Source of the DNA: a virus
Lineage: Duplodnaviria; Caudoviricetes
DNA: 64,000 nucleotides
Direction: 5' to 3' (one strand)
Virus record (IMG/VR): IMGVR_UViG_3300012344_000013
Coordinates: 32,001 to 96,000 of that record
Shown here: positions 28,876 through 38,171 of the stretch, one piece after another
Layout: each line of letters begins with the position of its first letter
Numbering within the stretch: the first letter of the stretch is position 1
The notes under the pieces: model-generated
Told to the model about the DNA's origin: nothing
Databases searched by the model: none
Seen by the model: the letters and a program-made list of their open reading frames with translations, nothing else
Position numbers and translations under genes: made by a program

Positions 28876-29715
28876 ATGGAAAATAATCAATTTGTTCCAG
28901 ATAATTTGGGATTCTTTAATTTGTTTGCAGATGGTGATACTGCAACTATTAGACTTTTGCATAGGTCCGTAAGTACAATTGAGCATTCTATGGTGCATAA
29001 TGTGCGGGTAAATGGTAAGAAAAACGTAGTTAAATGTATAGGTGATAGCTGTCCTATATGTGCTATTAATCAGCCTTTTGAAAGAGTTTATATTAAGCTA
29101 TTTGATTACGCTGATAATAAAATAAAGGTATGGGTAAGAACTGATAGAATATTATCTCAATTTCAAGAAATTGAAAATAATTGGGGAGATTTATCTCAGC
29201 AGGTATTAAAAATTACTAGAATAGGTAATGACTTCCCTAAATATGATGTACAGATGCTTAATCCTGCTAATTTTGCAAATCCAAATCTTGAAGTTGATAA
29301 ATCTGTTGCATATAGATTTTATAAAATACGCAGTGCTGAAGAATTGAATGAGTTTTTGAGAACAGGAATTATGCCAGCACATAAGAAGCAGGAAGCCCAG
29401 AGTACACAGGCACCTACTCCTAAAGTTTCAAATAATTTTGCTAACCCTGTTCAGACTAATAGTTTTGCACAAAATTCTAATACTCAAGCATTTCAATTCA
29501 GTCAGCCTATAAATAATACACAGCAGTCACAAGAAGTGCCCTGGGCTCAGAGTTTTGCACAAGCAAGCACACCTACTCAACAACAAAGTGTCCCGCAGTT
29601 TAATAGTGTATTTGGGAATTCAGCAAATACGGTACAACCCACAAATAATACACAAGATGTTTTTCAGCAAGCACAGAATCGATTTTTTCCATTTGACCAA
29701 ATAAGAAAGGTATAA
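28876..29715 (+). CDS. Phage ssDNA-binding protein (Zn-binding OB fold) with Q/N-rich tail
   Basis: 'H...C....CPIC', 'KITRIG....KYD' pattern; position before the polymerase. Confidence 0.65.
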   Translation: MENNQFVPDNLGFFNLFADGDTATIRLLHRSVSTIEHSMVHNVRVNGKKNVVKCIGDSCPICAINQPFERVYIKLFDYADNKIKVWVRTDRILSQFQEIENNWGDLSQQVLKITRIGNDFPKYDVQMLNPANFANPNLEVDKSVAYRFYKIRSAEELNEFLRTGIMPAHKKQEAQSTQAPTPKVSNNFANPVQTNSFAQNSNTQAFQFSQPINNTQQSQEVPWAQSFAQASTPTQQQSVPQFNSVFGNSANTVQPTNNTQDVFQQAQNRFFPFDQIRKV

Positions 29716-29718
29716 TAG

Positions 29719-31263
29719 ATGAATTCCTATAAGAAAGCTTCTTTTTTAGACGATTTTGAATTGCCAGAGATAACACATGATACTATAAAAAGTGAGCTAG
29801 TAAAGTTAGGAAGAGTACATTCAGTTCAGAAAAGGAAGACAATAGAAGGTCTTCCTTTAACTGAACGTCTTGAATATATTTCTAATGAAGTATATAAAGT
29901 TTTAGGTAGATATAAAAATTTCGTTAAGATAATTGATAATTATGCAGATTTAGATAAATATATTGATTTAGCAATTGATAAGGTTTATTTAGCATTTGAT
30001 ACAGAAACTAATAATAGTCTTGACCCTTTAACATGTAAATTGATGGGTCTATGCTTATATATTCCAAATACTAAACCTGTATATGTTCCAATAAATCATT
30101 GTAAACCAGGTACTGATGAATTATTAAGTAATCAAGTGTCTATGGAAGAAGTTACTAAAATATTCAAAAAATTAAAGAATAGTAATGTTAAAATGGTATA
30201 CCATAATGGTAAGTTTGACATTAGGGTTTGCTATAATACAACTGGTGTGTATTTACCTATATATTGGGACACTATGATAGCTGCTCAGTTATTAAACGAG
30301 AATGAATTAGCTAGACTTAAATATCAATATAAAACTCATGTAAATCCAACATTAAATCAATATAACATAGAAAAATTATTTACAGGTTTGCCTTATGCTT
30401 GGATTCCAGTAGATATATTTGCATTATATGCGGCAATAGATGCTTTTGATACTTATAATCTTATGTTAGAGCAGAAGAATGCTTTTGAAAAAGAAGAATT
30501 AGATAAACTTTATAATGTATTCATGAATATTGAGATGCCTATAGTAAGTATAACTGCAAAGATGGAAGATACAGGGGTATGTATTGATTTAGATTATCTT
30601 AATAGATTATCTAATAAGTATACTGTAGGATTAGAAAATGCTACTAAGCAATTAAACGAAATATTAGAACCGTATTCAAAACAGATATCTTATTATCAAA
30701 GTTTGGGTAAATTAGATAAACCAGTTAATTTTGAATCATCACAACAATTACAGATATTGATGTATGATATATTAAAATTAGAGCCCATAGAAGATAAAGG
30801 CCGTTCTACAGCAAAAGCAGAATTGAAAGCTTTTGATATACCATTTACAAATGCCCTATTAGATTATAGACATTGTAGTGTACTTATGAAAACATTTATA
30901 AAACCAACTCCCGAGCGAATTAGTACTAGAGATGGTAAATTACATACTAACTTTAATCAGATGGGTGCAGAAGAAAATAATGTCCGTTCTGGTAGATTTT
31001 CAAGCACTAATCCAAATTTACAGAATATTCCAAGTAAATCTCAAGAAGTACGTCTGATGTTTGAAGCTAGCGAGGAAATAGTTGATTGTAGTTTCAATAA
31101 TAATTGTATAGAATTAAGTACATTTGACGATGTTGAGACTGATATGGGTTGGAAAAACATAAAAGAATTGAATATAGGAGATATTATATTAAGTAACAAT
31201 TGTCAACTAGTTATAGAAAATATAAGTATAGTTGATAATATAGCTAAGATATTTGTAAAATAA
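29719..31263 (+). CDS. polA: Family A DNA polymerase, N-terminal part (3'-5' exonuclease, thumb, start of palm) ending in a Hint-like domain
   Basis: 'AFDTET', 'HNGKFD', 'YAAID', 'SGRFSSTNPNLQNIP'. Confidence 0.92.
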   Translation: MNSYKKASFLDDFELPEITHDTIKSELVKLGRVHSVQKRKTIEGLPLTERLEYISNEVYKVLGRYKNFVKIIDNYADLDKYIDLAIDKVYLAFDTETNNSLDPLTCKLMGLCLYIPNTKPVYVPINHCKPGTDELLSNQVSMEEVTKIFKKLKNSNVKMVYHNGKFDIRVCYNTTGVYLPIYWDTMIAAQLLNENELARLKYQYKTHVNPTLNQYNIEKLFTGLPYAWIPVDIFALYAAIDAFDTYNLMLEQKNAFEKEELDKLYNVFMNIEMPIVSITAKMEDTGVCIDLDYLNRLSNKYTVGLENATKQLNEILEPYSKQISYYQSLGKLDKPVNFESSQQLQILMYDILKLEPIEDKGRSTAKAELKAFDIPFTNALLDYRHCSVLMKTFIKPTPERISTRDGKLHTNFNQMGAEENNVRSGRFSSTNPNLQNIPSKSQEVRLMFEASEEIVDCSFNNNCIELSTFDDVETDMGWKNIKELNIGDIILSNNCQLVIENISIVDNIAKIFVK

Positions 31264-31282
31264 TTATAGGTGGTGGGTATTA

Positions 31283-32410
31283 TTGAAATCGATAAAAGTA
31301 AAAAAGCATTATATTATAGTTGGTGGAGATTTTAGTGCTCAAGAGCCTAGAATTTTAACAAGTATAACTAATGACCCTACATTTCTTGAGGTATTTAGAA
31401 CCGGTAAAGACCCTTATGCTACTATTAGTTCTCTTGTATTTAAGAAATCGTATTGGGAATGTATGGAACATCATGAAGACGGTACTCCTAATCCTGATGG
31501 AGCATTATTACGGAAAAGGGCAAAAACTATTCTACTTGGAATTACCTATGGAATGGGACCAAAACTTATGGCTAGTAATTTACATGTAGATATAGATGAA
31601 TGCGTTGAAATATTAAATGAGTTTTTTAAGACTTTTCCAAATATAAAATCATTCACGGAATATAATATAAATTCTGCTAAAGAATTAGGTTATGTAGAAG
31701 ATTACATGGGGCGGCGGCGTCATTTACCTGATGCTCAATTAGATGAGATTAAAGTACAAGCTAATAAGGAAATTTATACTGATTGTGATTTATTTTTAGA
31801 TTGTACTACTTCTGATTGTAAGATAAATATAAAAGATAGTGAAGCTACTAATAAATGGACAAATATTTATTTAGAGCAATATGCTCATAAGGGTTTCAAA
31901 GCTAAGACACAATTCAAAGAATTAGCTAAAAAAAATGATATAGTAGTTAGAGATAACGGCGCATTTATATCAAAAACTATGACACAATGTACTAACGCAC
32001 GCATTCAAGGGTCCGCTGCGACGCTAACAAAAAAAGCTATGATATGTATTGATGGAAACGAAGAATTAAATAAGCTAGGTTTTAGATTACTTATTCCAAT
32101 TCATGATGAGCTTTTAGGAGAATGTCCTATAGAAAATGCAGATAAAGTAGCTAAGTTACTCTGTGAGACTATGATTAGTGCTGGTAAGCCGGAACTTTCT
32201 GTTGATATGTCTGTAGATGCATATATAGTAAAACACTGGTATGCTGATGAAATATCTAATACTATTTACAATGACTATCACAAACGTATAGATAAAGGTG
32301 AATTAAGAGAAGATGTTATAGAAGATATTCATAAAAATCATTGCGAATTTTCTAAAGATACTATAATATCTATGTGCGATGGAACATTTGACATTTTAGG
32401 AGATGTATAA
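31283..32410 (+). CDS. polA: Family A DNA polymerase, C-terminal part (motifs A, B, C)
   Basis: DFSAQEPR, RKRAKTILLGITYG, 'N.RIQGSAA', IHDEL; TTG start with AGGTGG RBS. Confidence 0.92.
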   Translation: MKSIKVKKHYIIVGGDFSAQEPRILTSITNDPTFLEVFRTGKDPYATISSLVFKKSYWECMEHHEDGTPNPDGALLRKRAKTILLGITYGMGPKLMASNLHVDIDECVEILNEFFKTFPNIKSFTEYNINSAKELGYVEDYMGRRRHLPDAQLDEIKVQANKEIYTDCDLFLDCTTSDCKINIKDSEATNKWTNIYLEQYAHKGFKAKTQFKELAKKNDIVVRDNGAFISKTMTQCTNARIQGSAATLTKKAMICIDGNEELNKLGFRLLIPIHDELLGECPIENADKVAKLLCETMISAGKPELSVDMSVDAYIVKHWYADEISNTIYNDYHKRIDKGELREDVIEDIHKNHCEFSKDTIISMCDGTFDILGDV

Positions 32411-33541
32411 ATGCAATTTAACATAAGAGAGCTTAAAGATATTACATCTAAGTTAAATATAGCTATAGAGAAATCTAAGATAAATCCTAAAGCAGGTTGG
32501 ATTGAATTTATTTCTAATGAGGATAAGCTTGAGTTGATTGTATCAAATTATGATTATTATGTAGCTATAAAATTAAATAGCAATAATAGCATTTCTGAAA
32601 GTATTCATGCTACTATATCTTCAGATACATTTATACCTTTAATTTCTAAGTTAGATTCTGATATTATTGATATTAAAGAGAGTGGCAATGCTTTAGTAGT
32701 ATCTACTGAAAAAAGTTCATATACATTTCCTATGATAAAAGAAATGGGCAAAACTAAAGTATTAGATAAAATTCCATTTAATTATAATATGGGTTATATC
32801 ACCAATATTAAAGGCGAAGATTTAGCTAGTATAGCAAAATCTAATACAAAAGGATTATTAGATTCTATATTTGTTAAAGAAATACAGCAATATATTTATA
32901 TTGATAACATAGGTGCAATAACATTTACTGAGAATATTTATATAAATAATTTTGAAAAACCTTATGATGTAGATTTTAAGTTTTTGCTTAATTGTACTCA
33001 ATCTAAATTATTAGATATATTTAATGATATTGATTTTGTCAGCATTTATAGTAATTTAGATGATTATGATAGCAGTTATAAAATATCACTGGTTTCTAAT
33101 AATATTACTATTATATTTAAGGTTGCTTCGAAAAAGATAACAGATAAATATCCTGCTATTAAATTAAGAGATATTGCAAAGAATGTATCAAATACGCACA
33201 TTGTTTTAGATAAAAAAGTATTAGATAAAGCTTTATCTAGGCTTATGGTTTTTGATAAGAAATTTGATATAACTGATTTAACTTATAGTAAAATAGTATT
33301 TGGGATTGATTCGTTGAAATTAGTTTCAATAAAAAGTAATAATTTTGAAGAAATAAAGTATATAAGTAGCTCCAATACATTTGATAGAGAATTTATAATA
33401 AGATTTGCTGATTTAGTGAAGCAATTAAAAGCAATTACTTCTAAAGAAATAGATATTAGCTACGGTAATCAACCGGCTTTAGCAATAAATGGAAATGTGT
33501 TACAACTCATACCTGAAGTTAAAATGATAGGAACTGTGTAA
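32411..33541 (+). CDS. dnaN: Sliding clamp (DnaN-like beta subunit)
   Basis: 376 aa; 'MQFNI..LK', 'KYP' and 'L.KAL.R' patterns; adjacent to polymerase. Confidence 0.65.
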   Translation: MQFNIRELKDITSKLNIAIEKSKINPKAGWIEFISNEDKLELIVSNYDYYVAIKLNSNNSISESIHATISSDTFIPLISKLDSDIIDIKESGNALVVSTEKSSYTFPMIKEMGKTKVLDKIPFNYNMGYITNIKGEDLASIAKSNTKGLLDSIFVKEIQQYIYIDNIGAITFTENIYINNFEKPYDVDFKFLLNCTQSKLLDIFNDIDFVSIYSNLDDYDSSYKISLVSNNITIIFKVASKKITDKYPAIKLRDIAKNVSNTHIVLDKKVLDKALSRLMVFDKKFDITDLTYSKIVFGIDSLKLVSIKSNNFEEIKYISSSNTFDREFIIRFADLVKQLKAITSKEIDISYGNQPALAINGNVLQLIPEVKMIGTV

Positions 33542-34014
33542 TGGCGGATAGTTTAGGTAAGAAATTTGAGCAAAAAGTAAAAGAAGATTGGTTAAAGTTA
33601 GATAATATATCTATAGACCGCATATATGATGTTACTATGGGATATAAGACAGTTGCTAATGTAAGTGATTTTATAGCATATAATTATCCTAATATTTTCT
33701 ACCTAGAATGTAAAACAAAAAAAGGTAATACGTTTTCATTAGCAGAGTTCAGACAGTTTGATAAATTAAAGCAAAAAGTAGGTATAAAAGGAGTGCGAAG
33801 CGGTATAGTTATATGGTTTTATGAGCACGACAATTGTATACTATATATACCTACAAGTACTTTTATAAAATTAGAAGTTGACGGAAAGAAATCTTTTAAT
33901 GTAAAATATATAGGAAGTAATGAATATCCGAGTATTGTTATTCCATCGATAAAGAGAAGAACTTTTTACGACTCTGATTATTCGGTACTTTTTAATTTAG
34001 AAGAAGGTTGGTAA
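33541..34014 (+). CDS. recU: RecU-like Holliday junction resolvase
   Basis: 'GKKFE', 'SDF', 'LECKT', 'RQ' PD-(D/E)xK pattern. Confidence 0.75.
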   Translation: MADSLGKKFEQKVKEDWLKLDNISIDRIYDVTMGYKTVANVSDFIAYNYPNIFYLECKTKKGNTFSLAEFRQFDKLKQKVGIKGVRSGIVIWFYEHDNCILYIPTSTFIKLEVDGKKSFNVKYIGSNEYPSIVIPSIKRRTFYDSDYSVLFNLEEGW

Positions 34015-34020
34015 GTTAAT

Positions 34021-34215
34021 TTGATTAGAGTTGAGTATGATGGCGCAATTTATGACGTATTAAAGACACTATATGTTGAACATAACGGGAAGGCATTCGA
34101 TGTTTTTGGCGTAAAATTCGTATTAGGTAATCCAGAAACAGGGCAGATAGTTTGTGCAAAAGTAGAGGATTGTAAATATATAGTAGATAAGAAAAAGAAA
34201 AATCTTAATGAATAG
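34021..34215 (+). CDS. Small hypothetical protein
   Basis: In operon context. Confidence 0.45.
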   Translation: MIRVEYDGAIYDVLKTLYVEHNGKAFDVFGVKFVLGNPETGQIVCAKVEDCKYIVDKKKKNLNE

Positions 34216-34227
34216 AGGTAAATTGTT

Positions 34228-34725
34228 ATGAGAGATTTGAGTAAATCTTTAGAAGCTGCTAATATAACATATGATGAGTTAATTCCTTTAGCTAATAGTA
34301 TTATTAAAAAGTGTACAGCAGATGCTGATAAGATTATTGAAGAGGCTAAACAGAATATTTATGTGATGACTAATGAACACATAAGAAATTTAATGCTTAA
34401 TTTATCATTTACATCTTATAGTTTTAGTGAACTTAAAGAAAAATCAGCATTAAAAGCAACTTGTGCAGAGATACTAAAAGATGAGAACTATTCTATAGAG
34501 TTAAATAAAGCAGATGGTACTGTAGCGCAAAAACAAAGTGCTGCTTTGCTTAATAATATAGATAATGTTTTAGTAGAAGCAGTATACGAAATGGTGGCTA
34601 ATTCTATAAAAACAAAATTAGATGAAATTCATAGAGTAGTAGATACACTAAAGAATGTATTGATAAGCAGACAATCAGAAGCAAAGTTAGCTATTAGTGT
34701 AGATAATGGCGCACCTATAGAGTAA
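34228..34725 (+). CDS. Putative recombination mediator (UvsY-like coiled coil)
   Basis: Helical, 'GTVAQK..A' motif; directly upstream of recA. Confidence 0.45.
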   Translation: MRDLSKSLEAANITYDELIPLANSIIKKCTADADKIIEEAKQNIYVMTNEHIRNLMLNLSFTSYSFSELKEKSALKATCAEILKDENYSIELNKADGTVAQKQSAALLNNIDNVLVEAVYEMVANSIKTKLDEIHRVVDTLKNVLISRQSEAKLAISVDNGAPIE

Positions 34726-34737
34726 AGGAGAGGTATA

Positions 34738-35970
34738 ATGGCATCAGTTTTAGAAATAGCAAAGAAACTAAATAAAGAATTTAATGACCCTACATTTGCA
34801 ATAATGGGAGATGTAAAACCTAACTATAAAAGAATGCCCACAAATGCATTAGGATTAGATTATATTTTAGGCGGAGGTATTCCTCTCGGACGTATAATTG
34901 AATTTTCGGGGCTCCAACATTCTGGGAAAACTACTGCTGCATGTGCAGTAATGGCCGCATATCAAAGGCATTTTCCAGATAAAATGTGCATTTATGTAGA
35001 TGTAGAGCATTCATTAGATAGAACATTTCAAGCTAAAATGACCGGATTAGATTTTAGTAAGGTGTTATATGTTTCGCCTAATTGTCAATCCGGTGAACAA
35101 GTGTGCGATATGATTATAGAATGGCAAAAAAGTGATGATATTGGTTGTATTGTATTGGATTCACTTCCAGCACTTATGTCAGCAGCTGTTTTAGAGAATG
35201 ACCTTACGAAAGATACAGGTATGAGAGGTTCCATGGCTAAGACTTTTCATAAGTTCTTTCCAATAATGGGAGATTTAGTAGCAAAAAAGGAAAATCTATT
35301 TATTGCTATAAATCAAGTACGCGATGATGGTAAGACTTTTACCGGTATTCAGAAGTGGAAGGAACCTTGCGGAAATGCTGCAAACTTTTATTCTTCTATT
35401 ATAATTAGATTTGGTACTCGTAAGTTTACTCTTGGAGATGATATGGATGCTTGTGGCGCCAAAAATGGAGAAGGTGCTGATGGTTTTAGACTTCTCTATA
35501 AGGTTCTTAAGAATAAATGTGGCAGTTGTAATCGTGGTGGTGGATTTATGACTTTCAGATATGCAACTGGGCTCGATTGGATAAATGATTTACTTGAGAT
35601 AGCAGTAGGATTTGGATTTATAAAGAGATTGAGTACAGTAACTTATGCATTGGTAAATCTTAAGCAAGAGTATAGAATTAACGAAGAAACTGGCGAAATT
35701 CTAAAGGATGCAAAAACAGGAGAACCGGTACTTAATATTCTTCTAGATGAGGAAGGAAACGAGCTTAAAGGCAAAAAAGTAGATTTAATAGAATATATTA
35801 AGACTAATATTCCTTTTCAAACTCAGTATCTTAAAATGCTTAATGATGTTATCTCTGAAGATGATACAGTATCATATGGTTCGTTACTTGATGCGAGAAC
35901 TAATGAAGAGATAAATGCACAACAATTTGCTATAGATAATCAGTATGTAATAGATAAGAGTAATCAATAA
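34738..35970 (+). CDS. recA: RecA/UvsX recombinase
   Basis: 'GGIPLGRIIE.SG..HSGKTT', 'D.EH.LD', 'VLDSL', 'INQVR', 'KNK'. Confidence 0.93.
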   Translation: MASVLEIAKKLNKEFNDPTFAIMGDVKPNYKRMPTNALGLDYILGGGIPLGRIIEFSGLQHSGKTTAACAVMAAYQRHFPDKMCIYVDVEHSLDRTFQAKMTGLDFSKVLYVSPNCQSGEQVCDMIIEWQKSDDIGCIVLDSLPALMSAAVLENDLTKDTGMRGSMAKTFHKFFPIMGDLVAKKENLFIAINQVRDDGKTFTGIQKWKEPCGNAANFYSSIIIRFGTRKFTLGDDMDACGAKNGEGADGFRLLYKVLKNKCGSCNRGGGFMTFRYATGLDWINDLLEIAVGFGFIKRLSTVTYALVNLKQEYRINEETGEILKDAKTGEPVLNILLDEEGNELKGKKVDLIEYIKTNIPFQTQYLKMLNDVISEDDTVSYGSLLDARTNEEINAQQFAIDNQYVIDKSNQ

Positions 35971-36344
35971 TGGCTGTGGGAATTAAAAGTAGAAATAAAG
36001 AAGGAGAGAAATTACCTACACGGTATTTCTCTTCCCTTCAAGAATCTTCTGTAGCAAAAGCAGTAGGTGGGAGAAAAACAGCTAATAGTGGAGCTACTGA
36101 CTTTGGCGGTAAATCTGATGTTAGTATACGTGCATTATTTAATATAGAGTGCAAAACTAAAACAACTGCTTCAGAATCTATATCTATAAAAAAAGATTGG
36201 ATAGAAAAAAATAAAAGGGAAGCAGTATTTGATGGACATCCGTATTCTGCAATAGCTTTTAATTTCGGACCCAATCAAGAAAATTATTATATTATAGATG
36301 AGTTTCTTTTCAAGGAATTAGTAAAACATTTACAAGAAAAATAA
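35970..36344 (+). CDS. PD-(D/E)xK nuclease/Holliday junction resolvase
   Basis: 'QE..VAK..GG....NSGA', 'KSDV', 'IECKT'. Confidence 0.75.
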   Translation: MAVGIKSRNKEGEKLPTRYFSSLQESSVAKAVGGRKTANSGATDFGGKSDVSIRALFNIECKTKTTASESISIKKDWIEKNKREAVFDGHPYSAIAFNFGPNQENYYIIDEFLFKELVKHLQEK

Positions 36345-36386
36345 GTCAACTTTTTAGTTGACTTATTTCTTTTTATATATTATAAT
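36339..36386 (+). promoter_or_regulatory. Hairpin-overlapped sigma-A promoter
   Basis: AAATAAGTCAAC/GTTGACTTATTT inverted repeat; TTGACT-17bp-TATAAT. Confidence 0.8.
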
Positions 36387-36462
36387 AAGAATGTAAATAA
36401 AAGAAATGCATTTAATTATATAGCTTCACCAAAATCTTCTATAAAAGAAATCTAAAAAGTAG

Positions 36463-36491
36463 TTGATTTTTAAGATGAAATGATGTATAAT
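36463..36491 (+). promoter_or_regulatory. Sigma-A promoter
   Basis: TTGATT-17bp-TATAAT followed by ATAAATGTAAATAAAA and GAAAGAGG RBS. Confidence 0.75.
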
Positions 36492-36527
36492 ATAAATGTA
36501 AATAAAAATTGAAAGAGGTATTTTATC

Positions 36528-36860
36528 ATGGCTAAATCAAGAAAAGGTATTACTTATTGGGCGGTTGTTAAAGGGGATTCATTCCTTGGCGAGAAAGAGA
36601 CGGTGGCAGTTAATTATCTTGCGAATGATATGACTAATGTTAACGGCTGGAGTTTTGGCAGTTACAAAGCAGATGCTATTCCTTTTACAGGTGGTACTAT
36701 TCTTAAAGCATTCAATGGCAAAGACCTTATGGAATGCAGGAAAAATGCTATGAAAATGGGCATGTACATTAGAAGCTACGATGATTTCAAGAAAGAAGCT
36801 ATAGCAGAAATGCAGGGCAAGACTTACAATTACAGGACAGGCAAAGTAGAAGAAAATTAA
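36528..36860 (+). CDS. Accessory hypothetical protein with its own promoter
   Basis: GAAAGAGG RBS and dedicated promoter. Confidence 0.6.
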   Translation: MAKSRKGITYWAVVKGDSFLGEKETVAVNYLANDMTNVNGWSFGSYKADAIPFTGGTILKAFNGKDLMECRKNAMKMGMYIRSYDDFKKEAIAEMQGKTYNYRTGKVEEN

Positions 36861-36887
36861 CAGAATATTTACATATATTCTTATCAT

Positions 36888-36932
36888 GAAGTCAACTTTT
36901 TAGTTGACTTCTTTTTCGTTATGTTTTATAAT
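36888..36932 (+). promoter_or_regulatory. Hairpin-overlapped sigma-A promoter
   Basis: GAAGTCAAC/GTTGACTTC inverted repeat; TTGACT-17bp-TATAAT. Confidence 0.8.
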
Positions 36933-36954
36933 AATATTAAAGGAGATGATATTG

Positions 36955-37317
36955 GTGATTAGAATCCCATTATTTGAAATGGCCCGAATAGGCTATATAG
37001 GTGATTTAGAAATTTACATTAGAACTGATGACCCTGGGAATATTCCTCACTTCCATATTTGGGATAAAGAAACTACGGGTGATAGATTTCATGGTTGTAT
37101 ACGAATTGATAAAGCTGACTATTTCTTCCACGAGGGCAGGTACGGCACACTTAATAGCAGACAACGCAGAGAACTAGTTAAGTTTTTAGAAAGCCCTCAT
37201 AAAAGATATAACATCACGAATTGGGAATATCTAGTGGGGGAATGGAATAATAATAACTCAGTAGTAAATCTTCCTGATGATTATCCTATGCCTGATTATC
37301 TTACGTTAAGGGGTTAA
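36955..37317 (+). CDS. DUF4160-like protein; true start probably GTG 36955
   Basis: AAGGAG RBS upstream of GTG; 'EMARIG...IYIR..D....PHFHI' motif. Confidence 0.55.
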   Translation: MIRIPLFEMARIGYIGDLEIYIRTDDPGNIPHFHIWDKETTGDRFHGCIRIDKADYFFHEGRYGTLNSRQRRELVKFLESPHKRYNITNWEYLVGEWNNNNSVVNLPDDYPMPDYLTLRG

Positions 37318-37318
37318 A

Positions 37319-37516
37319 ATGAAGAAAATAACTGATGGACCTTCTATAGGTTTACTAATTAGCGCTGTCCAAGTGGCTTTAATACTACTACGAATGTTTA
37401 ATATTATTAAATGGCATATATTATTGGTAATGTTGCCTACAATTTTATGTGTAGCCGTATTTGTAATATGGTATATAGTATTGTATATCTACTACATAAT
37501 TCATCTAAATGGTTAA
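37319..37516 (+). CDS. Small two-helix membrane protein
   Basis: Two hydrophobic stretches. Confidence 0.55.
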   Translation: MKKITDGPSIGLLISAVQVALILLRMFNIIKWHILLVMLPTILCVAVFVIWYIVLYIYYIIHLNG

Positions 37517-37531
37517 TAAAGGAGAAATAGA

Positions 37532-38116
37532 ATGAAAGTAAGTAATGTAAATGTTTATGGATTAGAAGAAAGTATTAAAGCATCTAAATACCCAATGGCT
37601 ATTGATGCTACTAAGTGTACTTCAGAAATTACTAATACAACAAAGAAATTATTTAGTTGTGATAAAGGAACTGGGCATGACCAAGCATTAACAGGTATTA
37701 TAGTACAGTTTGATTTAACCTGTTCAAATAAAATGTGGGTTGAAGCTGAGAGATATTCATTTTTAGATTTCGTTAGCTCGCAGTCAACTATGCACCGCAT
37801 AACTAAGTTTGACCTCAATACTTGCTATAATGAATATGTAGATGATAGAATTATAAATATAATGAAAGATAAAGTACAAGAGTATAATAGACTATCGGAG
37901 AATAAAAATATTAGTCAAGATGAACTAAAAAGAAAATACTTAGAAATTCTTTATAGTAATCCAGCTGGTTTTGAACTTACTGCAAGAATGACTACAAATT
38001 ATAGACAACTTAAAACAATTTATAGTCAAAGAAAAGACCATAGATTGCCTGAGTGGAGAAAATTTTGCGATTGGATTTTAACACTTCCTTATTTTGAAGA
38101 ACTTTGTCTTAGTTGA
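37532..38116 (+). CDS. ThyX/Thy1-like protein with a non-canonical motif
   Basis: 'GH..AL', 'ERY......SQST', 'TNYRQL..IY.QR..HRLPEWR' resemble the flavin-dependent TS fold. Confidence 0.55.
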   Translation: MKVSNVNVYGLEESIKASKYPMAIDATKCTSEITNTTKKLFSCDKGTGHDQALTGIIVQFDLTCSNKMWVEAERYSFLDFVSSQSTMHRITKFDLNTCYNEYVDDRIINIMKDKVQEYNRLSENKNISQDELKRKYLEILYSNPAGFELTARMTTNYRQLKTIYSQRKDHRLPEWRKFCDWILTLPYFEELCLS

Positions 38117-38171
38117 ATAAACTACTGGTTATAGTTTATAATAAATATATAAAGATAAAGGGAGAGTTTAT

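Noticed and set aside
31090-31330. Canonical trans-splicing split intein or group I intron in polA
   Set aside because: No C-terminal His-Asn plus nucleophile, no homing endonuclease, and the 19-nt gap is too short for an intron; kept only as a degenerate Hint-like finding
36904-36954. Track start codons at 36904 (and likewise 57921)
   Set aside because: These starts fall inside promoter elements; RBS-supported starts are at 36955 and 57963
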